Shown: one piece after another, positions 9,542 to 18,763 of the stretch
Position numbering within the stretch: position 1 is the stretch's first letter
Layout of the letters: each line of letters begins with the position of its first letter
Source of the DNA: Candidatus Poribacteria bacterium
GTDB taxonomy: Bacteria; Poribacteria; WGA-4E; PCPOR2b
DNA: 64,000 nt
NCBI GenBank assembly: GCA_963665285.1
Contig: OY762266.1
Location: forward strand, 685,758 to 749,757
Direction of reading: 5' to 3'
Position numbers and translations under genes: made by a program
The notes under the pieces: model-generated
Seen by the model: only the letters and a program-made list of their open reading frames with translations
Databases searched by the model: none
Told to the model about the DNA's origin: nothing

Positions 9542-10435
9542 ATGGAGACACGATCAACGCAGACGCATTATGATGAGGCAATCAAGCACTATACCCAAGC
9601 AATTGAACTGAAACCCGATTTTGCAATAGCCTATAATAACCGCGGTATTACATACTGTGATAAAGGTGAGATTAAACGTGCCCTCGAAGATTTCAACAAA
9701 GCTATAGAACTGAAACCCGATTATGCCAAAGCCTATAACAATCGTGGGCTTGCTTACCGTAATAAAGGGGATTACGATCGGGCTATTGATGACTTAAACA
9801 CGGCGATAAAATTAAACCCCCAGCTTGCTGAAGCTTACAATAGTCGTGGACTTGTTTACCGCAACAAAGGCGATTTAGACCGCGCCATTCAAGACTATAA
9901 CAAAGCCATAGAACTGAAACCTGCTTTTGTCGAGCCTTATAACAATCGTGGAGTGGCTTACAGCAGCAAAGGCGATTATGACCGGGCTTTTGCAGACTTA
10001 AACATGGCGATAGACCTGAACCCCCAACTTGCCGTACCCTATAGCAATCGTGGAGTGGCTTATCTCCAAAAAGGGGATTATGACCATGCTATTGAAGACT
10101 TGGATACGGCAATACAACTGAAACCCCATTATGCCAATACCTATACCAATCGCGGGGTAGCGCACTACAAAAAAGGCAAAATTGCTGACGCTATCAAAGA
10201 CTATACCCAAGCAATAGAACTAAATTCTCAGCTGGCCGTGCCCTATGGCAATCGCGGCGAGGCGTGGTTACACCTGAAAAGATGGGATAAAGCTAGAGAA
10301 GACCTGATGACCGCCAAGGATATGGGGGCGGATGTTATTGCCGTGTTTCGCGATGATCACGGAAGTATCAAGAACTTTGAGCGAAAATATAAGGTTAAAT
10401 TACCGGACGACATCGCTGATATGCTGACACCCTAA
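9542..10435 (+). CDS. TPR repeat protein (~7.5 repeats)
   Basis: 34-aa AYNNRG..Y..KG.YD.AI.D...AI.L.P repeats; GGAGGA RBS before ATG 9542. Confidence 0.88.
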   Translation: METRSTQTHYDEAIKHYTQAIELKPDFAIAYNNRGITYCDKGEIKRALEDFNKAIELKPDYAKAYNNRGLAYRNKGDYDRAIDDLNTAIKLNPQLAEAYNSRGLVYRNKGDLDRAIQDYNKAIELKPAFVEPYNNRGVAYSSKGDYDRAFADLNMAIDLNPQLAVPYSNRGVAYLQKGDYDHAIEDLDTAIQLKPHYANTYTNRGVAHYKKGKIADAIKDYTQAIELNSQLAVPYGNRGEAWLHLKRWDKAREDLMTAKDMGADVIAVFRDDHGSIKNFERKYKVKLPDDIADMLTP

Positions 10436-10533
10436 AGGATGTTCGTAAACCACTGCAATATGCCCGGAAAGGATTGTTGTGATGAAGGGAAAGATTGCCG
10501 AAACTCACCACAATCGAAGGAAAGGGATTCACT

Positions 10534-10839
10534 ATGAAACGCTTCAGCGTTGTCTTTGTGTGCCTATTAATTTTTGTCGCATGTCAGAAAACGCTCAGTA
10601 CTAGTGAAATCATGAATTCTTGGATGGGACACCATATCTCGGAAGTAATTCAGAGTTGGGGCCCCTACCAATAGGCGATCCCTGATGGTCAAGGTGGAAT
10701 GATTTACAGTTGGCAATCACCTGTTCAAGTGACAATGCCCGTCTATGGTACAATATTGAGTCGCACAGTAGTACGACATCAGACGTTTTATGTTCGACCG
10801 GATGGCGTAATATACTACTGGCGAACGCAAGGATATTAG
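10534..10839 (+). pseudogene. Small lipoprotein with an internal in-frame TAG (10672-10674); not in the ORF track
   Basis: MKRFSVVFVCLLIFVAC lipobox, then ...SWGPYQ*AIPDGQGG...FYVRPDGVIYYWRTQGY*; RBS-like AAGGGA upstream. Confidence 0.7.
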
Positions 10840-10979
10840 ATACCACTTACCGTTGAATTATCATTTATAACTGATAAGCAATGGGCGTCGAAAATGACGT
10901 GCAGGGGAAGATAGGAGAAATATTCATGGGGGTGACTTATTTCTTATCAATCTTTATCCCTGATGAAATGGAGCATCTT

Positions 10980-12584
10980 ATGCAAGACCGCAATTCAGCA
11001 GAATACCGACAGTGGAAACGAAAGGTCAAAGAACGCGATGAATATACTTGTCGCCGATGTGGAGTTGATACTAACCTTGAAGTCCATCACATCAAACCGT
11101 ACGACAAGTATCGTGTTCTTGCTACTGACGCTGACAATGGTATCATACTCTGTAGAAACTGCCATGCTCGTTTGAAAGGGAAAGAAGAAAGTACCAATCT
11201 GCTGACAATCATTAAAGAAGTTACCGGTCAACACGATAGTCGAACCGACGATCAATTACAGCGTCTTCATAGTAAATTTTGCCACTATCTGGATCGCTTG
11301 TTAGATTCAGAAAATCCAGACACAAGGAATAACATTGTTGATCAGCTAGATATGCACCTCTCAGCTTATCCTGATTCACTTAATCAGTTTCTTTCTCTTA
11401 TCCGATACCGTCTAGACACGGAAAATGGATCTGATGGAGGATTCGCCGGGCAGATGGCGACCGAATTTCTTATAAGGTACTACAAGGGTAAGGTGGTTAT
11501 TGAGAACGATAGCGAAGTATCCGAGTGGTTTCACGAAGCCGCTCAACAAGGTAGGGCAACAATGCAAACCTGCCTTGGTTGGATGTATCACCATGCTTTA
11601 ATGGTTGAACAAAACGATGAGGAGGCAGTTAAGTGGTTTCAAAAAGCCGCCCAACAGGGATATGACAGAGCTCAGTATAGCCTTGGTTGCATGTATGAAA
11701 CTGGCAGGGGTGTTGAACAGAACGATGGGGAGGCGGTTAAATGGTTTCAAAAAGCCGCCCAACAGGGATGTGACATAGCCCAATATAGCCTTGGTGGTAT
11801 GTATGCAGAAGGCAGAGGGGTTGAACCAAACAATAAGGAGGCGGTTAAGTGGTTTCAAAAAGCCGCCCAACAGGGATATGTCGAGGCCCAATATATCCTT
11901 GGTGTAGTGTATACATCGGGCTTGGATGTTGAACAAGACCATGAGGAGGCAGTCAAGTGGTTTCAAAAAGCCGCCCAACAAGGTGATACCACAGCCCAAA
12001 CTCATCTTGGTTTGATGTATGCAGATGGCAAGGGCGTTGGGCGGGACCATAAGGAAGCTATCAAATGGTATCGTAAAGCCGCTCAACAAGACTTTGCTAT
12101 AGCCCAATATATTCTTGGCGTGGTGTATACAAAGGGCTTGGATGTTGAACAGGACTATAAGGAGGCGGCCAAGTGGTTTAAAAGAGCAGCTGAACACGGT
12201 AATGCGACAGCTCAATATATCCTTGGGGTAGCGTATGTAGAAGGCAAAGGCGTTGAACAGGACTATAAGGAGGCGGCCAAGTGGGTTCAAAAAGCGGCTG
12301 AACAAGAAGACACTTCAGCCCAAAATACCCTTGGCATGATGTATCAACTTGGTTTTGGCGTTGAAGAGGACACTGAGAAAGCGGTCAAATGGTTTTGCAA
12401 AGCGGCTGAGCAAGGACACCCTCATGCACAGAATGATCTTGGTTATAGGTATGTAAACGGTTGGGGTGTTGAGCAAGACTATAAGGAAGCAGTCAAATGG
12501 TTTCAAAAAGCAGCTGAACAAGGACATGATGAGGCACAGGAAAATCTTCGTCGTTACCGTACGGAGGCGTCCACTACTGACTGA
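10980..12584 (+). CDS. HNH endonuclease fused to Sel1-like repeats
   Basis: CRRC...EVHHI...N.IILCRNCH, then ~9 36-aa Sel1 repeats (AQY.LG.MY..G.GVEQD..EAVKWFQKAAQQG). GGAG before ATG 10980; ORF open from 10881. Confidence 0.88.
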   Translation: MQDRNSAEYRQWKRKVKERDEYTCRRCGVDTNLEVHHIKPYDKYRVLATDADNGIILCRNCHARLKGKEESTNLLTIIKEVTGQHDSRTDDQLQRLHSKFCHYLDRLLDSENPDTRNNIVDQLDMHLSAYPDSLNQFLSLIRYRLDTENGSDGGFAGQMATEFLIRYYKGKVVIENDSEVSEWFHEAAQQGRATMQTCLGWMYHHALMVEQNDEEAVKWFQKAAQQGYDRAQYSLGCMYETGRGVEQNDGEAVKWFQKAAQQGCDIAQYSLGGMYAEGRGVEPNNKEAVKWFQKAAQQGYVEAQYILGVVYTSGLDVEQDHEEAVKWFQKAAQQGDTTAQTHLGLMYADGKGVGRDHKEAIKWYRKAAQQDFAIAQYILGVVYTKGLDVEQDYKEAAKWFKRAAEHGNATAQYILGVAYVEGKGVEQDYKEAAKWVQKAAEQEDTSAQNTLGMMYQLGFGVEEDTEKAVKWFCKAAEQGHPHAQNDLGYRYVNGWGVEQDYKEAVKWFQKAAEQGHDEAQENLRRYRTEASTTD

Positions 12585-12705
12585 AGCGGTCAGCGACAAA
12601 CATCAACTCAAGAATGTTAATCCTCCCATTCTTTTTCAGTCAATAGCAAAGTCGAGTTCCACAAGCACAAACTCTTTCCGCATTTCCAACCCCTCGCAAA
12701 AAAAC

Positions 12706-12734
12706 TTGCAACGAAAAATCGGATCAGGTATAAT
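12706..12734 (+). promoter_or_regulatory. Putative sigma70 promoter
   Basis: TTGCAA-17 nt-TATAAT upstream of the three-gene envelope operon. Confidence 0.6.
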
Positions 12735-12801
12735 CAGACGCTAAGGACACAAGCAGCACAAGATCCTTAAATAGGCATATACCTGAAGAGGAGTCATCCG
12801 C

Positions 12802-13245
12802 ATGTATCCATACCAAAATCACCAATTTGGATTGCGAATCGTGATTTGCTGCGTCGTGATTCTGATGGCAGCTGTTTCTCCCGCACGAGCTGCGGATCGG
12901 TCCCGTGTATTGACGATTGGGTTGTTTGCCTCCGGGGTTGCCCTGAAATTTGGAAGTGTCTTTGTCGCCAATTCGGCACAGGATACCTACGATCAATACC
13001 TATCCGCAGGTATCCAGACCGATATTGCAAAGTACCGAGACGATTACGAGACTCAACGCAATCTGAGCCTTGGAATGTCCCGAACAGGCATCGGGTTTGT
13101 TGGATTTGCGGTACTCATATCAGTCTTTGATCAACTGAACGTTATCTCCGAATCATCTGCTTCTCGCTCAGTCCAGTTAAGTTTCAAACCGAGTTATAAT
13201 CTACGAACAGGCGACGCTGCCCTCACCCTTCAACGGAAATTCTGA
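12802..13245 (+). CDS. Hypothetical exported/membrane protein
   Basis: Signal peptide (ARA-A), hydrophobic segments, terminal Phe; GAGGAG RBS. Confidence 0.7.
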   Translation: MYPYQNHQFGLRIVICCVVILMAAVSPARAADRSRVLTIGLFASGVALKFGSVFVANSAQDTYDQYLSAGIQTDIAKYRDDYETQRNLSLGMSRTGIGFVGFAVLISVFDQLNVISESSASRSVQLSFKPSYNLRTGDAALTLQRKF

Positions 13246-13249
13246 AGCC

Positions 13250-14377
13250 ATGATACTATCTCCATTTCGATCACTAGCTTTTTTTATACTTCTCATTGCC
13301 GTGAGTTTCTCCGCCGGTTGTACGGGTAATGAGGATTTCGCCAATCCGCTCGATCCGCAAAACTTGCGTACGGCCGGATCGCCAGTCGGTTTAGAACTCC
13401 TTCCCGGCGATGAGCAGGTAACAGTTTCGTGGGCAGATAACGATCATACAGGAATTATCGGGTATCGAATTTATCGGCGATTCACCGGCGATGTGGATTC
13501 GACCTTTGAGTTTGTTGGCGAGGTATTTGGGGAGAACGGTGACCGTCCAGCAACAGAGTTTATTGACACGCAGAACCTAAAAAACGACCAATTTAATGAT
13601 GTCAGTGGGGAACGTCACCGCTATATTTACCGCATTTCCTATATCGATGCAAATGGGATAGAAATCCCCGATCCAAATGCACCCCCGACCGATAGCGAAG
13701 ATCCACGCCGAATGTGGCAAACAGCTAGCGCAACGCCGAGTATTGCCCCGCCTGTCCCTAATGTCATTGTTGGCGATGATCTGGACGATTTGACCGTTAA
13801 ACTTTTTTGGCAGGACTACCAAGCACCCGACGATTTCGATCAATTCCGCGTAATTGTGTCCCAGCAGGGTTTGAGTGGTGAATTCTTACCATTTCGCCTC
13901 CGTGCCGAGCTTCCGAAAGAGCAGCCATACTTTTTTGATAAGGAATTTAGTCGGGATCACGCTGTCAAAATCTACCGTGTCGCTGCCGTTGACCGATTTG
14001 GCGTCGAAGGGGTAACAGTGATTCAAGTCGAGTCTCCCAATCTACCGCCATCACCACCACAAAATGTCCGCGCGACCTATGGGCTGCGAAGAAGTAGGTA
14101 TGATATCCGAATAGCTTGGTCAAAGAACAAGGAACCGGACGTTGCAGGCTATCTAATCTATGCCACGAAAGAAGCGAGAGGTAATCTTGTTGTTGGGCAG
14201 GATTTGATCCACCGGCGAAGAGTGAATGCGAAAGATACGAGTGTAACGTTCACCGGCGAGGGGTTTCTTCTGGACGGACAAAGGCAAGTCCCGCGCCGAT
14301 ACTTTATTACAGCGTTTGATGACACGCCTCAAGAAAACGGCAATCGGGACGAAAGTGAGATGGTTGAGGTGCGGTAA
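13250..14377 (+). CDS. Lipoprotein with fibronectin type III-like domains
   Basis: Lipobox SAGC; FANPLDP; repeated P...V.VSW...GYRIYR and Y.V.A.D patterns. Confidence 0.75.
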   Translation: MILSPFRSLAFFILLIAVSFSAGCTGNEDFANPLDPQNLRTAGSPVGLELLPGDEQVTVSWADNDHTGIIGYRIYRRFTGDVDSTFEFVGEVFGENGDRPATEFIDTQNLKNDQFNDVSGERHRYIYRISYIDANGIEIPDPNAPPTDSEDPRRMWQTASATPSIAPPVPNVIVGDDLDDLTVKLFWQDYQAPDDFDQFRVIVSQQGLSGEFLPFRLRAELPKEQPYFFDKEFSRDHAVKIYRVAAVDRFGVEGVTVIQVESPNLPPSPPQNVRATYGLRRSRYDIRIAWSKNKEPDVAGYLIYATKEARGNLVVGQDLIHRRRVNAKDTSVTFTGEGFLLDGQRQVPRRYFITAFDDTPQENGNRDESEMVEVR

Positions 14378-14419
14378 CAACGCTGATCCCGACCAAGAGA
14401 CAAACCTATAAGGACAAAT

Positions 14420-15418
14420 ATGCGACTTTTTCAGACAGCGCAGTACCGAATTTTATTGATTCTCTCCGTTCTATTTCCGCTAGTGGGAACATCTCTCTTT
14501 GCGCAAAGCCCACCGGTGACGCAGCTCAGTGTGATGCAAACTGCTGACACCTTGGGTAAAGGTGGCTACACGACTTCTGTGGGGATGTTTCAAATTGATA
14601 GAAAAAAATTGGACACGACGCCCAAGCAACCTCAGCGTGTGGTTATCGGTAATTTTGAAGGGTTACACAGTGTCGAGTTCGAGGTTAATACCTTCTTGAT
14701 ACCTGCTCGATTGACCTACGGCATTGGTGAACGATTGGATCTCGTTCTAGGAGCGACCTTCTCAACCGGGGGCACACGCAAGATTGTTCCCGATTTTTAT
14801 CGGATTGGTGACACCTACGACGTTGAAGAATCAATTGATGCTACACAAGATCGACGGGTTTATGAGCAGTCCATCTTTGATCTTGTTGTCGGATTGAAGC
14901 ATAATATAAAACCTGACCGACAGGATGGCTTGCCCGGTATATCGATCGGCGGAGAGGCACAGGTCGGATTTACCTCCGATGATCAACTTAACGCTGAGAA
15001 GGAGTTTATCGACGCTTCACCTGCGGATAGCTTTCCGTTCATGGGGATCCATACTTATCTGGTAGGAACACAGCGGTTTGGTCAGTTCATGAGGGTGCAC
15101 GCGGGTGTTGGGAGCTATCTCTCTTCCAAATCGCTCAAATCAACGGACTCATTTCAGCTAATCTGGCAGCTGGGAGCTGAAGTTGCGTTCTCGGATAACT
15201 TCTGGCTTGTGACCGATTTTTCGCGAAGACGCGCCCTCAGTGGTATTATCATCAACGATCTGATCGGTATCGGATTTCGATACAAACTTTCTGATAGAGC
15301 GGCTTTTAATATCGGTTACGCAACCGAACCGGGCTTTCAGTTCTATCTCACGGTTGGCGGCGTTAAAGACGAAGGCGTTGTTGTACCAGAGGAAGGTGGA
15401 GATGATTTACTGTTTTAG
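14420..15418 (+). CDS. Putative outer-membrane beta-barrel protein
   Basis: Signal peptide, alternating amphipathic beta strands (IGIGFRY, FNIGY, FQFYLTV). Confidence 0.6.
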   Translation: MRLFQTAQYRILLILSVLFPLVGTSLFAQSPPVTQLSVMQTADTLGKGGYTTSVGMFQIDRKKLDTTPKQPQRVVIGNFEGLHSVEFEVNTFLIPARLTYGIGERLDLVLGATFSTGGTRKIVPDFYRIGDTYDVEESIDATQDRRVYEQSIFDLVVGLKHNIKPDRQDGLPGISIGGEAQVGFTSDDQLNAEKEFIDASPADSFPFMGIHTYLVGTQRFGQFMRVHAGVGSYLSSKSLKSTDSFQLIWQLGAEVAFSDNFWLVTDFSRRRALSGIIINDLIGIGFRYKLSDRAAFNIGYATEPGFQFYLTVGGVKDEGVVVPEEGGDDLLF

Positions 15419-15435
15419 CCAAGATTGCGTAAGCT

Positions 15436-16060
15436 GTTAGGGCGTGTTGACATTTTGATAACGACGATTATGGCAGATTTTAGAATGACTTAGACCCTTC
15501 CAGTGCACAGTCAACCCCCTAAATTCCGCTCCCGATTTTATCGGGATGTACCACTTATCAGGGGGACTTTGGAAACTTCGCTAGGGTCGGAGTAGGTCGA
15601 GGTTCACATCTCGACACCAAACCGTCGATTATGGAAAATCGATCTACAGAAATGATACAAGTCAAGCCGGTCGCGATTCGGAAATCGCTTGACAGGTTAG
15701 GAAACCTGTCCCTACTAGTGCATTGTCAGGTAAATAGTAATAGGACTTACGCAGTTGAACGATGAGGTGTTGTAGTTCGATGCTTGATTGCCAATGCGGG
15801 GAAACCAGATGCCCCGCCTACGATGGGTGTGGGCCCTGAACATGTCCCGCTGCGCCCGGTGAGCCGGGCAACTACAAACTGAAGTGCGTAACTCCTATCT
15901 AAGGATTAATGAGACACTCCAGACCGGTGCGGTTAGGAAACCGCACCTACCAGGTCCGATAAATCGGGATCGAAACCGAGGGGCGAAAGTGTCTATCTGT
16001 TTTTAGAATTCATCGTAGTTTCCAATCTCCCGGTTTGCAGGGTTCCCCGTAAGTGACAAC
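15436..16060. repeat. Mosaic of MITE ends and GTAG-REP palindromes
   Basis: Contains GGGCGTGTTGACATT, a family-A end, a REP doublet (15592-15650), an IS630-like end (15715) and TAGGACTTACGCA...TGCGTAACTCCTA, all of which recur elsewhere in the window. Confidence 0.75.
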
Positions 16061-16090
16061 TTGCGCTTTAACGGTTCATAGGAGAGGACA

Positions 16091-17185
16091 ATGCAAATAT
16101 TATTCAAATTTTGGTTTCGCCGGTTTCGGCGGGTGAGCCGTAACCGTCATATTCAGCGCATCACGGTGGCAGGATTAATCGTTCTGCTCGCCATCGCTCT
16201 TAACTCTGCGTGCTTCTACTTTTTTGAAAAAGCGGCACAGTCACAGCTGACGCTTTGGGATTCCTTCTGGCTCAGTTTTACGACCATAACCACTGTAGGT
16301 TATGGAGATTATTCCGCATCAACGGTTGGGGGAAGGGTAGCAACAATGGTTCTGCTATACGGGGTTGGATTAGCTACATTCCCGTATGTGATTACTCAGA
16401 TTGTGGATACAACTGTGGAGAGAAATAACGATCGACGTCGTGGGTTGATTGATTGCCGCGACCTTGTTGAAAATCATATCATCATCGTCAATTATCCCTC
16501 CGAATTGAGGGTGGCTTCAATCATAGAACAACTTTCTTCGGATGTAGTGACAGCAGACCGCCCTATCGTTGTCTTGGCGGATAACGTAGATGAGTTACAT
16601 TTCAGCCGTCCCGATGTTTACTTTGTGCGTGGTGCACCATTGGAAGAGGAATCGTGGAAACGTGCGAACATTGAAATGGCGTACTCGGTCCTTATCCTTG
16701 CACCGCAAACCGAGGAACACGTGGCAGATGCGATTACCGCATCAACGATTTCACTCATTGAGACACTCCATCCAGATATCCGGACAATTGCTGAATGTAC
16801 GAGTATTCAACACTTGGCGATCTTCCGATCTTTCCGATGTGATGCTGTGATTCCGACGAATAATATTGCCGCGAAGGTGTTGGCGCAAGAGGTGCGTGAC
16901 CGTGGACTCGCCCTCGCGGTCCGCGAGTTGTTAACCGAAGCAGAGGGCAGTGAGTTATATAGCGAAGCGATTGAGATTGATGGGATCAACTTTGGTGAAC
17001 TGAAATCCTTACTTCTGGAGTTGAAAGCGGAGGTTATTTTGGTTGGTATTCTCAGAGACAACCAGCACATGATTAACCCGTCGTTAGACCTCCAGATCCA
17101 TCGAACAGACCGGCTCATTCTGATCGGCAATCGCCGTAGCGATTGGGAACAGATTCATGGCCAGTTGCTTAGAGTTAGAGGCTAA
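16091..17185 (+). CDS. Potassium channel with RCK (TrkA-type) domain
   Basis: TTITTVGYGD selectivity filter, 2 TM segments, C-terminal RCK. Confidence 0.9.
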   Translation: MQILFKFWFRRFRRVSRNRHIQRITVAGLIVLLAIALNSACFYFFEKAAQSQLTLWDSFWLSFTTITTVGYGDYSASTVGGRVATMVLLYGVGLATFPYVITQIVDTTVERNNDRRRGLIDCRDLVENHIIIVNYPSELRVASIIEQLSSDVVTADRPIVVLADNVDELHFSRPDVYFVRGAPLEEESWKRANIEMAYSVLILAPQTEEHVADAITASTISLIETLHPDIRTIAECTSIQHLAIFRSFRCDAVIPTNNIAAKVLAQEVRDRGLALAVRELLTEAEGSELYSEAIEIDGINFGELKSLLLELKAEVILVGILRDNQHMINPSLDLQIHRTDRLILIGNRRSDWEQIHGQLLRVRG

Positions 17186-17238
17186 TATAAACATACAGCT
17201 CTCTCGGCGTTGTGTGCCTGTTCTGAATAAGAAAATCT

Positions 17239-17715
17239 CTACGATCCCGGTCTAAACAGCGTAACCAGACAGCCGCCGATCGCGGCTAACAGGATGCCGA
17301 GGACAAACGGCCATCGTACAGCGCTCCAACCTCCCGCGGGCGGATGTAACGCTGTCGCCACCACTGCGTTGACAATCGGTGCGCCGGCGAAAACGATGGA
17401 CATCACGACGGGCGGGGTGCCTTTTGCTCCAAACGCCAAGAGGACACCGAACGCCCCCACCGCACCCACAAGCCCTGCAAGGGTTGACCAGACCAACCCC
17501 TTTGCTGGAAAAGTCCACTGAGCACCGTTGACCGCCAACATAATCGCTGAACCGATGACCGCTGTCAACAGATAGGCAATCCCGACAAAAAGAAACGCTT
17601 TGTACCGTCCATGCACCGGGTCGCTCATAGATATTTGTCCGGTATGCAGAAGGACACCGTAGAGTCCCCACGATGCAACAGTCATAAATGCAAATATTAA
17701 CCAAGTCATACGCAT
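17239..17715 (-). CDS. 5-TM half-DMT/EamA-like membrane protein, paralog 3
   Basis: Hydrophobic; SWGLYG...LAFGAKGTPPVVMSIVFAGAPIVNA. Confidence 0.75.
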   Translation of the reverse strand: MRMTWLIFAFMTVASWGLYGVLLHTGQISMSDPVHGRYKAFLFVGIAYLLTAVIGSAIMLAVNGAQWTFPAKGLVWSTLAGLVGAVGAFGVLLAFGAKGTPPVVMSIVFAGAPIVNAVVATALHPPAGGWSAVRWPFVLGILLAAIGGCLVTLFRPGS

Positions 17716-17768
17716 TAAAATCCTCCCAGATTTTCACCTCAATTAGATGTTGAGTTGGACTAGCCGTG

Positions 17769-18263
17769 CTACATTATCGGCCTATAAATTGCCACCATAC
17801 AGATGCCCAATATTACTAACTGAAAGCCGACGAGAAACTGCCAGCGTAAGCCTCCCGCTTGTGGCGTGTCTATTGCCAGAGAAAGAACCGCATTGATAAG
17901 CTGTGCACCGGTGAAGAGAATAGTCATGACCACAGCAGGTGTGCCCTGCGCCTCAAACGCCAAGAGAATGCCCAACGCAGTCGTTGCGCTGGCAACCCCC
18001 GCTAAAGTCGCCAAGACCATCCCTTTTATCGGGAAACGCCATTGGATACCTTTGAACCTCAATATGAGCACCGATCCAACAATCGCGACCAATGAATAGC
18101 CGACCCCTGCGAAAAAAAGTGTCTTGTATCGTGCTTGGGTCGGATCTGCCATTGCTATCCGGCTCGCATGGAGTAAGATACCGTAGATGCCTAGGGCACC
18201 AACCTTTATCAATGAAAACAGCAGCCAAGGTCTACGAAATATTAACAGACGTCTCCGACGCAT
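17769..18263 (-). CDS. 5-TM half-DMT/EamA-like membrane protein, paralog 2
   Basis: Colinear similarity to both neighbours; Arg-rich N-terminus. Confidence 0.72.
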   Translation of the reverse strand: MRRRRLLIFRRPWLLFSLIKVGALGIYGILLHASRIAMADPTQARYKTLFFAGVGYSLVAIVGSVLILRFKGIQWRFPIKGMVLATLAGVASATTALGILLAFEAQGTPAVVMTILFTGAQLINAVLSLAIDTPQAGGLRWQFLVGFQLVILGICMVAIYRPIM

Positions 18264-18274
18264 CCATACCCCCC

Positions 18275-18763
18275 CTATGTTCCGGGTCTATAAACTGTTA
18301 CCATATAACCGCCAATCGCTGCTGCCGCGATGCCGAAGATGAACTCCCACCGTAAGCTCCCCGGCGCCGGCGGATACAGTGTAATAGCGATAGCCGCATT
18401 GAGCACGGGTGCGCCTGCGGCACCGATGGATATAACAACAACCGGGGAGCCCTGCGCTGCGAATGCCAAGAGGTTACAGAAAATCACCCCAACAACGGCT
18501 ATTCCCGCCAGGATTCCCAGACTCAATCCTTTCATCGGGAAGCTCCACTGGGCACCATTGACTGCCAACATCACCCCGGATCCAACAACGGCTACTAACG
18601 AATACCCAATCCCTGCGAAAAGAAGTGCTTTGTATTGGGCATTAGCCGAATCGCGCATCGCTTTTTGGCCTGCATGGGTAAGAACACCGAAAATCCCTGA
18701 CGCTGTCGTTGCTATAAGTGTAAATACCAACCAAGTCATGTATATCCAAAATCCCCCTATCAA
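18275..18763 (-). CDS. 5-TM half-DMT/EamA-like membrane protein, paralog 1
   Basis: Colinear similarity to neighbours (YKALLFAGIGY, NGAQWSFP, LRWEF, YRP). Confidence 0.72.
   Translation of the reverse strand: MIGGFWIYMTWLVFTLIATTASGIFGVLTHAGQKAMRDSANAQYKALLFAGIGYSLVAVVGSGVMLAVNGAQWSFPMKGLSLGILAGIAVVGVIFCNLLAFAAQGSPVVVISIGAAGAPVLNAAIAITLYPPAPGSLRWEFIFGIAAAAIGGYMVTVYRPGT

Noticed and set aside
10672-10674. Pyrrolysine or genetic-code reassignment of TAG
   Set aside because: TAG is a normal stop in many genes here (sigma factor, glmS, trpB); a nonsense mutation is simpler.
11598-12305. 235-aa antisense ORF with periodic sequence
   Set aside because: Shadow of the Sel1 repeat gene on the opposite strand.
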